Assembly (NCBI RefSeq): GCF_963921235.1
Contig: NC_086097.1
Coordinates: 30,506,001 to 30,570,000 of the forward strand
Length of the DNA: 64,000 bases
DNA from: Mobula hypostoma
Taxonomy: Eukaryota
Direction of reading: 5' to 3'
In this document: positions 24,716 to 35,640 of the stretch, one piece after another
Layout: each line of letters opens with the position of its first letter
Position numbering within the stretch: the stretch's first letter is position 1
Program-made: the position numbers and the translations under genes
Notes under the pieces: generated by a model
Databases searched by the model: none
The model's input: the letters and a program-made list of their open reading frames with translations, nothing else
Told to the model about the DNA's origin: nothing

Positions 24716-27700
24716 AAAAATGTCCAAGACTGGCACAGAATGCAATGCAAATTATTGTTCTTTTGGTACATTTAAATTGATTTAGAGATACCCTTAAATC
24801 TCCATGGCAAACATAACCAGAGTCAGGCAGAATCCAATGAGTCCATTTGCAAGTTAGTATACATGGATCAGTACCTTAGTCTCAGTAACCTTGGATTAAG
24901 TCCATTTCTGCAGCACATTTGGCGTTCCTTCTGGAAACCTCATTGTCAATATACACAACGATGAATAAAAACACAAGTCAGCAGTGTGACAGAAAACTCT
25001 CCATTTACCTAGATGAGTAAATGAATCAGCACTACAGCACAGAAACAGGCCCTTGGGCCCATCTGGTCCATGTCGAACTGTTATTCTGCCTAGTCCCATC
25101 AGCCAGGACATGAACCATGGTGCCCCTCACATGTACGTACTTATCCAAACTTCTCTTAAATGTGGCAATCGAAGCTGCATCTACCACTTCCGCTGGCAGC
25201 TATTCTGCTCACACCACCTTGTTCCCCTTCAGGTTCCCCTTGAATATTTCAGCTTTCACCCTAAACCTATGACCTCTAGTTCTAGTCTCAGCCAACCTCA
25301 GTGGAAAAAGTCTGACTGCATTTATTCCATCTATACCCATCATAATTTTTGTACATCTGTCAGATATCCCCTCATTCTATCTGCAGGTAAAAGAAAGTCA
25401 AAACCATTTCAAACTTTCCCTATAACTCAGGCCCTCGCATCGTAGCAACATCCTTGTAAATTTTCTCTTTACATATCCAAGAGAGCAGACAAAAAAAACT
25501 GGATGAGAAGCAGCACATACAGCAGAGTAGCAGTCACTCTGGAAGTGTTCAGCCTGAATTTTGTACTCGGGTCGCTAAAGCCAGGATTGAATTTACCACA
25601 AGAATTTAATAAATCTAGGATCAAGGATCAATTTTACACATTTTAGAAATTTGCTGTGATGCAATGGGCAGGGTGTGACATGGAACGAAGAACATTCAGC
25701 ACTTCTAAAGCATAAAGCAATAATTAAAAAAATAAAGGATTATACAGTATATAAATAAAAAGCTAATAAACTTAAAGTACAGATATGGAATAAAATGTGT
25801 ATAAATAAATATCAGCATATATTTTCAATATAAAGAGCATTACAAAACATGGTTTAAAGTGTTTACAGTGCATTGACAAGGGAGCTGTTTCCTCACTGTT
25901 CCTGAGACTCAGGATCAATTCTGACATCAGGCGCTGTATATGGCGTATACAGGCCATCTCTGTGCCCATCTGAGTGTCCCCTGTTTGCTATAATTTCCTA
26001 CCATATCCCAATTCTGTGCTGGTTACAGATTGGTCCATAGTGTGAAGGTGAGGGGTGAAATCTGGGAAGAGTCAATGATAACATGGGGAGAATAAAATGG
26101 ACCAGGGCAAGTTATAAGTGGCATCTGATGATCAGCGCCGAAGGCTATTCTTAATAACACAAGTGAAGTACTTCAAGCTCTAGCTCTTCAGGATGGCTCA
26201 AAGATAATACTTTCTACTTAAGAATGTGACAAGCTGGAAATCCTGAGAAGAACTGACTGAAAATTTTCCAAATCATATACACTTTTGCAATGAGTGTTGC
26301 AAAACTGCAAACTATTGGTTCCATCCACAAATTTCTCAGTTAAGTACAAATCATCTATACAACAGCAGGAACAAGGAACCTTGCAGAGCCACAATGATCA
26401 GAGTTCTCGTACTCATAACAACCCTTCAGCTCTCCACTTTCCTTTGGATTCTACGGGTTATTACTTCCAGGATGAATCTATCACACCGAACTTCAAAGAT
26501 ACCTTACTAAAGCCCACAAGGATTACATCAACCAAGTTATCACATCGTCACTCCTTGTTAACCTCATTGAAGGTTTTGTAGTTAGTCAGGCACTGCCTTC
26601 CAGTACTTCCATTTGAATGTCCTTGATAAACTAATGTCTCTGACTAATGCCACCCTTTCCAAATATTTCCAACAGGTCACAGACGTCAAGTTGCCTGACC
26701 TGTAGTTTACTGAGTCAATCCCTGCTGCCCATTTTAAACAACAGCACAACATCAGACCCCAAGTCTTTAACACACCTGTGCACAAAAACCTGAGTCAGTG
26801 TTTTCCTGCCCTAACAGTTCATTTACTTTTCGGATTCATCGCATGTATATTGAAACATATAGTGAACTGCGCCCTTTGCATTAACAACTCTATCCAAGGC
26901 TGGGGGAAGCTCGCAAGAGTCACCACACATTCTAGTGCCAACATAACATACCCACAATGCTCAGCAGAACTTTTAAAGATGTAATACCCCTTTATGTTTT
27001 CTCTGCTTATAATTTTGCATAATTCACCTTCATTTGCCTAATGTCAAAGCCTGCATCATATCCTCTGAAGACTGATACAAACTAATCCATCAGAAACTTG
27101 CCTTACTTCTCAACCACAGGAAATCTCACCCCATCAGCTTTACAATGCCTCACACAACAATCCCATCTCACACCAACTACTCTTGTAATCATCTCCTGGA
27201 TTCCACCAGTCATTTAGACACTAAGGACAACTTAGCCAATTAACCCACCAACCAGCATGTCTGCATGTCTTTGGGATGTGGGAGGGAAATGGAGCACCCA
27301 TTTGGAAAGGAAGAACGCCTTCCATTTTCACACCCAGACTTGTAGTCTAAATTCCTAATACTTACCACAGATGTTTCTTCATCATACATTAATGTATACA
27401 ATAAGGAATGGCTGATCAAGCTAGAGCTTTTCTCTTTGGAAAGGAGGATGAGAAGTGACTTGATAGAGTTGTCCAAGATAACCAGAGCCTTTTCTGAGGA
27501 TGGAAATGGCTAATAAGAGGTGGCATAACTTTAAGGAGATTGAACACAAGTGTAGGGAGGATGTCAGAGGTTCACAGAGCGGTGGGTGCGTGAAATGCAC
27601 TGCCAGGATTGGTGGTAAAGGCAGATACATCAGGAATATTTGAGAAATTCTTAGGCACGTGGATGAAAGGAAAATGGTGGGCTACAAAGGAGGGAAGGGT

Positions 27701-28384
27701 TAGATTGATCTTAAGAATAGTTTAAAAGGTTGACTCAATGTTGTGGGCCGAAGGGCCTCAACTGCGCTGTAATGTTCTATGTTCTATAAACAAGCACTGA
27801 CAAAAACTTTCATTAGTTATTTCTTGGTCTTTCTTTTATTTGCCTTCCGAATTCACTCCTTTCCCTTGCAGGCTTGTTTCTCAAACTCCTCCCATTCACA
27901 TCAAATTATGCCATGCTCTCTTCTGAAACTTGTCACATGGATACATTGGTACATGGCTAGGAAAGATTTAGAAGGATATCAGCAAAACACAGGCAAATGG
28001 AACTAGCTAAATGAGGCAACTTAGCCATTATAAAGATTGGCAGAAAAGCCTACTTACCAAGCTGCATGGCTCTGAGTAAACAGATGACTGGGGTCCCATT
28101 CTGTATCTCACCAGGTGAGGATACACTGCTAGAAACATTCATAATCCAATGAAGGTAAACACTCAGTCTCAGGCTCACCACACCCAGGAACACAAAAAGT
28201 TGCAGAGAGCAGTGGACTCTGCCCAGTACATTAGGGGGACATTCCTCCCACCATCTACAGGAGATGCTGCCTCAGGAAGGCAGCATCCATCAAAGATTCT
28301 CACTACCCAAGCCACACCCTCCTCTTGCAGCTACCATCGGGCAGAAGATACAGAGGCCTGAAGTCCCACACCTCCAGGTTTAGG

Positions 28385-29220
28385 AACAGCATCCTTCAGG
28401 AGGGTGAACCCACGGGAAAGCATTCAACCCAGGTGGGGTATCTGGGCAAGTACTAGAGACCTGTGCTGATCAACTAGCTGCAGTGTTCACCAATATCTTT
28501 AAGCACTCACTTCGACAGCCTGTTTCAAGTAGGCTTCAATTATACTGGTGCCCAAGAAGAACGTGGAAACTCGCCTCAATGACTACCCTCCAACAGCACT
28601 GACATCCACTGTGATGAAGCGTTTTGAGAGGTGGTGGTGAAGCACATCAACCCCTGCCTGAGAAGTGACTTGGATCTGCTTCAATTTGCCTAATGGCACA
28701 ACAAGTCATAGCAGGTGTTGTTTCGTTGGCTCTTCACTAAACCCTGGCACATCTGAACAGCAAAGATGCATGCATCAAGATGCTCTTTATCGACTATAGC
28801 TCAGTATTCAATACCATCATCCCCTCAAAACTAATCAATACACTTCACAGCCTTGGTTTCAATACCTCCCTGTGCAATTGGATTCACTTATTTCCTCACT
28901 TGCAGACCCCAGTCAGTTTAGATTGGCAACATTTCCTCCACAACCTACATTCAGCATAGGTGCACGACAAGGCTGTGTGCCTAGCCCCCCGCTCTATTCG
29001 CTTTACACTTATGACTGTGTGCCTAAGCATAGCTCCAATGCCATATTGAAGTTTGCTGACAACACCACTGTCATTGGCTGAATCAAAGATGGTGACAAAT
29101 CAGCACATAGGAGGGAGATTAAAAATCTGGCTGAGTGGTGTCACAACAACCACCTCTCACTCAATGTCAAAAGACCAAGGATATGATTATTGACTTCAGG
29201 AGGAAGAAACCAGAGGTCAT
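28385..29220 (+). mobile_element. Rex1/Babar-type LINE RT fragment
   Basis: [62 protein letters not shown]. Confidence 0.85.
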
Positions 29221-29524
29221 ATAGACTCAATCCTCAGGTACTGCACTCAATCATAAACTAAGTCAATTGCTCAGAAGCCATCAACCAATTTGCTTTTCAC
29301 TATCTTTTTTCTCAAAATAGCAATGGACAGTTTTAGAGATTGGATTTTATTGTGGACAAATGATCACCAATAATCCTTTCATTATCATCATAAAGGTATT
29401 AAAACCATTAAAAGTGAGATTGACTTCAAGATGTCGAGGAGCTTTTATAACAAAGGACTGTTATAAAACAGATGGGCAGCATGATAGTATTGCAGTTAGT
29501 GTAACGCTATTACAGCACCAGTGA

Positions 29525-29708
29525 CCCACCCTCCCCTCCCCTCCTCCCACTTTCTTACTGACTTCTCATCTCTTCTTCCACTCCTGATGAAGGGTTTCAG
29601 CCCAAAACGTTGACTGTTTACTCTTTTCCATAGATGCTGCCTGGCCTGCTGAGTTCCTCCAGCATTTTCTGTGTTACTTTGATTTCCAGCATTTACAGAT
29701 TTTTTCTC
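29525..29708 (+). mobile_element. Penelope terminal module (hammerhead at 29580-29615, GAAA decayed to AAAA)
   Basis: ctcCTGATGAagggtttcagcccAAAAcgttgact...gatgctgcctggcctgctgagttcctccagcatt...gatttccagcatttacaga. Confidence 0.85.
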
Positions 29709-29921
29709 ATCAGTGCCAGAGTTGGCTTCACCCAGAAGGCTGTTCCCCTCCCCCCTCCCCATCCCCTCCAACAGTATTCAAAGCAGATACTTATTATTAA
29801 GGGAACAGCCACAGAGGTGCTCTGCACTGGCTGCCTTATTCCGCTTCCCTATCCTGAGAGTCACCCAGGTACCTGGCTCCTGCAACTTACAGGTGATTAT
29901 CTTCCTGCAGCTCCTGTCTAT

Positions 29922-30468
29922 CAGAATCAGAATCAGGTTTATTATCACCGGCATGTGATGTGAAATTTGTTAACTTAGCAGCAGCAGTTCAATGCAATAT
30001 ATAATCTAGCAGAGAAAAAAAAGTAATAATAATAATAAAATAAAAAATAAGTAAATCGATTATGTATATTGAATAGCTTACAAAAACATGCAAAAACAGA
30101 AATACTGTATATTAAAGAAAAGTGAGTTAGTATCCAAAGATTCAATGTTTATTTAGGAATCCGATGGCAGAGGGGAAGAAGCTATTCCCGACTCACTGAG
30201 TGTGTGTGCCTTCAGGTTTCTGTACCTCCTACCTGTTGGTAACAGTGAGAAAAGGACGTGCCCTGGGTGCTAGAGGTCCTTAATAATGGACGCTGCCTTT
30301 CTGAGACACCACTCCCTAAAGATGTCCTGGGTACTTTGTAGGCTAGTACCCAAGATGGAGCTGACTAGATTTACAACCTTCTGCAGCTTCTTTCAGTCCT
30401 GTACAGTAGCTCCTCCACAGCAGACAGTGATGCAGCCTGCTAGAATGCTCTCTACAGTACAACTATAG
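29922..30468 (-). mobile_element. Rex1/Babar-type LINE 3' end with (ATTCTG)n tail
   Basis: agaatcagaatcaggtttattatc tail, and a GHVLFSLLPTGRRYR remnant on the minus strand. A near-identical family member lies at 59479-59820. Confidence 0.8.
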
Positions 30469-30716
30469 AACACCTCTTCATTCTCCCATATGAGCCAAAG
30501 ATCAAGCTCCCGCTCCTTACAGTTGCTAAGGAGATGCAGCTTGGTGTATTTCATGCAGACGTGGTTATCAGGGAGACTGGAGGTCTACCAAAGTTCCCAC
30601 ATCTCACTCAAAGGACATAACCACCAACTCTGGACCCATTCTCATCACACTAATTATGTATTAATAGAAAAAGAAATACATGGGTGTAATTGCTGGGCCA
30701 CATGAGCCTACTACCA

Positions 30717-30935
30717 CACTCACAACACACTGGAGGGACTCAGCAGGTCAGGCAGCATGTGGAAACGATCAGGCAGCATCTCGGGCCAGAACCCTTCATC
30801 AGGACCTCTGATGGAAGGGTTCCGGCCAGAAACGTTGACTGATCGTTCCCACGGATGCTGCCCGACCTGCTGAGTCCCTCCAGCGTGCTGTGAGTGTTGC
30901 TTTGACCCCAGCATCTGCAGAGTATTTTGTGTTTA
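30717..30935. mobile_element. Palindromic Penelope-derived mini-element (two back-to-back hammerhead modules)
   Basis: Left arm 30717-30805 is the reverse complement of the right arm starting at 30808. The right arm has an extra tail ending cagcatctgcagagtattttgtgttt. Possible short TSD tacca (30712-30716 / 30934-30938). Confidence 0.85.
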
Positions 30936-30979
30936 CCATGCTGCATCTCTCTAAATAAAACCTGAAACTGATTACTTAC

Positions 30980-31040
30980 TTGCATTCCCCAGGGACATCA
31001 CACCCTCCATGGATCGAATGACAACCCTGCTTGCATATGG
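30980..31040 (-). CDS. jag: Jagged-family Notch ligand, coding exon equivalent to JAG1 exon 5 (EGF-like repeat 1)
   Basis: Not in the ORF track. Minus strand reads (G)CC ATA TGC AAG CAG GGT TGT CAT TCG ATC CAT GGA GGG TGT GAT GTC CCT GGG GAA TGC AA = [21 protein letters not shown]. Polypyrimidine tract and cag acceptor at 31041, gtaagt donor at 30979. Length 61 bp, in frame with the upstream exon across a 775-bp intron. Confidence 0.95.
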
Positions 31041-31815
31041 CTGAAATAAGAAAAAAAAAGGATATTCCTCAATCCATCATTCACTGACGTATTTCAGAAT
31101 TACTTTTGTGCTCTGGATCCCAGGGGTCAGTGTCTTCAGCATGGACTACCGAGTCAACCAAGTGCTCAAGTGCTCATCCTCCATCACCTCACTGTCGGAC
31201 CTCTGGCTGACAACAGCCAAGCCTCCGTCTGTCCACACAGTGAGCGTCTCCACCCAGCGACAGATACAGTCCATTAAATGAAGTTAAAACATATGGAGGC
31301 TCTATCCCCTTCAAATCCACCTCTCTGCTCTATAATGTAGCTTTAAGGTGAGTGGGGGGGAAAGTTTAAAGGAGATTTACAAGGCAAGATTTTTTGTTCA
31401 AACACAGTACCTTGAACATGCTGCTGGGGAAATGATGGAATCAGATATAGCAACAAATACTTACAAGACACCCAAACAGGGTATCCTGGACATCTCCCCC
31501 TCTGTTCCCTCAACTGTGATGGTTTAAACAGTAGCACTTAGACAGGAAACTGAATAGCAGGGAATAGAGGGACATAGCTCCTGTGCAGGATGATGTAATG
31601 TTAGGGTTGACTTCAAAGTTAGCTCAAATATTGTGGGCTGAAGGGTTTGTTCCTGTGCTACACCATGGAGACAAAGTCCTGCCCCCTACAAATGTTGAAC
31701 TTTCTCTACAGTCTCCATAATTTTGTAATCTTAACACTAGTTTCCATTCTCAATATGCTAACAAGCTAAATTGTATTGTTCAAGCCATAGATGCCACAGG
31801 GAATTTTTTCGTTAC

Positions 31816-32070
31816 CTTTTTTGCAGTCCTGGCCCATCCAGCCCTCCATACAGAGCTTGTTCCCATTCTGGTCGCACATGAAGTGGCCGAAGAAGTCGTC
31901 CCGTGGCCGGCAGAGCTTGTTGCAGCCGGTCCCATAGTAGTGCTCTTCGCACCTGACCCGGATGCTGTAGTTAAAGTGAGCCACTGGCCCATTGTATTGC
32001 AATGTCATCCAGGGGCCTCCAGGGTTGATCATTCCTGTCTGAGAGCCTCGCTCAATCAGCTGGCCTTCAC
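31816..32070 (-). CDS. jag: Jagged-family Notch ligand, coding exon equivalent to JAG1 exon 4 (end of MNNL/C2 domain + DSL domain)
   Basis: Translates as [85 protein letters not shown], with the DSL cysteine pattern and the jagged-type GMINP and [10 protein letters not shown] motifs. Acceptor ttttcacgtag| at 32071, donor G|gtaac at 31815. Length 255 bp, phase 1-1, as for JAG1 exon 4. Paralog (jag1/jag2/other) not resolved. Confidence 0.96.
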
Positions 32071-32628
32071 CTACGTGAAAAGATGACAGCACATGCATCA
32101 AGTTTCACTCAGGCATAAATCCACTGCAGTATTTACAACCTGCTGGAAGAATGTGTTGGTCAAACAGCATCTGTGGGGGGAAATGAACTGTCAATGTATC
32201 GGGTGGAAAGCTTGCATCAGATTAGACTGTTTACTCTGTGAGCTTCAAGCAAGCAAGGGACTTCACTGCATCCTGGTGTATGTGACAATAAACTAATTAC
32301 ACCAGCACAGGGGGCAATATTCTCAAAGAGCAACAAGGTCTACTTGTTGGATCATTACCTACTTAGTCCAATTTTTTTGCCTAGCATAGCCATGATGGGT
32401 GCATGGCCTCCGGAGACAAATGACTACAATCTTCATTCATCTCAACAGAACCCCCCGCCCCCCCACAATCAAATAGTTTACTGTTGCCACATTTACGGAG
32501 ATACTGTGGAAAAATGTTTGCTTGCATGTCATCCAGACAAATCATTCCATACAGAAGTGCAACAACATAGTTTAAAAAAAAGAGCGCAGAATATAGTGTT
32601 ACAAGGGAGAAGAAACAGTCTTCCAAAT

Positions 32629-33175
32629 CATAAACAAAATGCTGAAGGAACTCCACAGGTCAGGTAGCATCTATGGATAGAAATAAACAGTTGATGCTTC
32701 AGGCTGATATCCTTCACCAGGGCTGGAAAGGAAGAGGGCAGAACAGACTAAGGTGGGGAGAGGGGAAGGAGTACAAGCTGGCAGGTGGTAGGTGAGACCA
32801 GGTGAGGGGGCAAGTGAGTGGGTGGAGGAGGGGGAATGATGCGAGAAGCTGGGAGTGGATAGGTGGAAAAGGTAAAGGACCGAAGAACATGGAATCTGAT
32901 AAGATAGGACAGTGGACCATGGGAGAATGGGAAGGAGGAGGGGCACCAGAGGGAGGTGATGGGCAGGTGAGAGAGAAGAGGTAAGAGTGGAACCATAATG
33001 GGGAAATGAGAAAGAGAGGGAGGGGAAATTACCTGAAGTTACAGAAATCGATGTTCATGCCATCAGATTGGAGGCTATCCAGATGGAATATGAGGTATTG
33101 CTCCTCCAACCTGAAAGTAACCTCTTGACAATAGAGGTGGCCATGGACTGACATGTCAGAATGGGAATAGGAAGT
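32629..33175 (-). mobile_element. Penelope-like element 3' fragment, older
   Basis: Similar to 16820-17330 (end of GIY-YIG, UTR), with a degenerate hammerhead at ~32689-32724. Confidence 0.85.
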
Positions 33176-33326
33176 TAAGTAAATGAGGTCTTAAAGACTC
33201 CATCTACCCCTTCAAGACAAAAACATTTCCCACAGCGCTATTCAAAGAGCAGATTCCCTTGTCCTGACTACCAATTCCCTCTAACTCATACTCCAACAAA
33301 CTGAAAATCTCCTTGTTATTTCTCTG

Positions 33327-33400
33327 CAACACACATCAAAGTTGCTGGTGAACGCAGCAGGCCAGGCAGCATCTATAGGAAGAGGCGCAGTCGACGTTTC
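33327..33400 (-). mobile_element. Very short, young Penelope terminal fragment
   Basis: Nearly identical to 14931-15003. Flanked by tttctctg at 33319-33326 and 33397-33404. Truncated within the hammerhead GAAA. Confidence 0.8.
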
Positions 33401-33587
33401 TCTGTAGATTTTAGAAATGTGAACAAACCAGTTACATTTTCTTCATTATAACAGTGAATAACAACTGTCTGACTATAATCGACTCTGGTGAATTCCATGA
33501 CAATGGTAGTGGCTACTACATACAATGCAGCAATTTGACACCTTCCACACAAGACTCCTCCATCTAATGCAATCAACATTCATTCCA

Positions 33588-34465
33588 GCAACACACACAA
33601 AATGCTGGAGGAAATCAGCAGGCCAAACAGCATCTATGGAAGAGATAATAGTCGACGTTTCAGTCTGAGACACTTCATCAGGACTGGAGAGAGAAAAAGA
33701 GAAACGAGGACTCACTAGTTAGAAGGTGGGGGGAGGAGAGGAAGAAACACAAGGTGATAGGTGAAACTAGGAGTAGGGGGAAGAGGAGCGAAGTAAAGAG
33801 CTATGAAGTTGATTAGTGAAAAAGATACTGGGCTGGAAAAGGGGGAGGAGCACCAGAGGGAGGTGATGGGCAGGTAAACTGAGAGGGAAATGGGAATGGG
33901 GAATGGTGAGGAGGGAGGGGCATTACTAGAAGTTCGAGAAATCGATGTTCATGGCATCAAGTTGGAGGCTACCCAGACGGAATGCAAGGTGTTGCTCCTC
34001 CAACCCGAGTATGGTCTCATCATGGCAGTAGAGGCGGCCACGGACTGACGTGTCGGAATGGGAAGTGGAATTAAAATGTGTGGTCACTAGGAGATCTAGC
34101 TTTTTCTGGCAAATAGAGCATAGGTGTTCAGCAAAGCGATCTCCCAATCTACGTCGGGTCTCACCGATATACAGGGAGCCACACGGGGAGCATCAGATAC
34201 AGTAGATAACCCCAAAAGACTAACGGGTGAAGTGTCACCTCATCTGGAAGGACTGTTTGGGGCCTTGAATGGTAGTGAGGGAGGAGGTGCAGGGGCAGAT
34301 GTTGCATTTGTTCCACTTGCAAGTGCAAGTGCCAGGAGGGAGATCAGTGGGGAGAAACGAATGGACAAGGGAGTCATGCAGGGAGCGAGCCCTCTGGAAA
34401 GCAGAAAGCTGGGGGGAGGGAAAGATGTGTTTGGTGGTGGGATCCCGTTGGAGATGGGATCCAAT
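33588..34465 (-). mobile_element. Penelope-like element 3' fragment (linker, GIY-YIG, 3' module with hammerhead)
   Basis: Track ORFs 34235..34474 and 33926..34147 match the C-terminus of the ORF ending at 16961 (CKWNKCNICP; GDRFAEHL...GSLQLDAMNIDFSNF), followed by the pyrimidine-rich UTR and hammerhead module. Confidence 0.92.
33650..33685 (-). ncRNA. Hammerhead motif with intact core, same strand as the jagged transcript
   Basis: Minus strand AGTC-CTGATGA-AGTGTCTCAGACT-GAAA-CG-TC-GACT. All core nucleotides, stem I and the ACGU palindrome are present. Confidence 0.8.
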
Positions 34466-34504
34466 GGTATCCATTCCAGCTTCCCTTGATTCTCAATTGC
34501 AGTC

Positions 34505-35640
34505 ATAAAGTCACAAAGCAATAAAGCACTGATACAGGCCCTTCTGTTCAACCAGCCCATGCTGACAATGATGCCCATCCAGCTAGCCCAAATTCCTCCA
34601 AACCCCACTCCCCCAGGCTCCATGCCCCTATTCAAGTGCCTCTTAAATGATACTATTATACCCATCTCGACCACTTCCTCTGGCAGCTAGTTCCATATAC
34701 TCACTACCCTCTGCATGAGAAAGTTGCCCCTCAGGTCCCTTTTAAGCCTTTATAAATCATAAATCTATGCTCCCTAGTTTTAGACTCACCTTCTCTGAGG
34801 AAATGTGTTACCACCCACTTTATCTGTGTCCCTCATAATTTTTAAACATTTCTATAAGGTCGTCCTCTCATTCATCATGTTCCTAGGAATAAAGATTTAA
34901 CTTGGCCAACCTCTCCCTAGAACTCAGCCCTCTAGACCTGGCAACATCCTCAAATCTCTGCATTCTTTCCAATTTAAGCACAACTTTCCAATAACAGGAA
35001 AACTTCTTTTGCCCCTTATGTCGCTGGCGTTTAGGGCAGCAATGAAGCTCCTCCTTCTCTGGCAGCATTCACAGCTTCCTTCATCGTGTCAGTAGCTTCC
35101 ACTCAGTTTACTGTCAGTTATGCAAGTCCCAGGTGGAGACTCAAGAATACCATTGTACACAGATGTAGAAGGATTCTTCATTTTATTGTTTCCATAACAG
35201 TTTTGTTTTACCGGTCAGGGTTGTTAGCCCTGAGCTGAACCCCTGAACCTGGAGGACAGGGGGACCATTGTTAGTCTGGCCTCTACCCTTTGACCTGTTG
35301 AGCATGGGCGACCCTACCAAAAACCAAAGCAGAAAGCCCCGACTCCAGACAGCATAGCTCTCCGGGGTCACTGAGGCACACAAGCCTCCAAATTACGACA
35401 AGGTTGTGGTCCTCTTAAAGGACCAAATCACTACACAGCACTCCAAGTGTGGCCTCCTCAACAACTTCAACAACAACATAATGTCCCAACTCCTGTACTC
35501 AGTGCCCTGACACTGCTTTCAACAAACTATGCACTCCAAAATTGCTCTGTTCCATGACACACCCCAGTGCCTTCTCTTTCATAGTACAAGTCATGCACCG
35601 GTTAGACGTTCCAAAATGCAACACCTCACACTTATCTATA
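34505..35640 (-). mobile_element. CR1 3' fragment split by the RTE-derived element
   Basis: CR1 C-terminal coding remnant on both sides of 35002-35418. Confidence 0.75.
35002..35418 (-). mobile_element. Short bipartite RTE-clade-derived element (5' UTR joined to 3' end), inserted in a CR1
   Basis: The minus strand begins accacaaccttgtcgtaatttggaggcttgtgtgcctcagtgaccccggagagctatgc, which resembles RTE/BovB 5' UTRs. It ends ggagcttcattgctgccctaaacgccagcgacataaggggc (RTE ORF end, ..SFIAALNA..) plus a short aag tail. CR1 sequence flanks both sides. Confidence 0.65.

Noticed and set aside
31766..32101. 111-aa track ORF as a complete protein
   Set aside because: It is an internal exon with read-through intronic flanks; the splice sites define 31816-32070.
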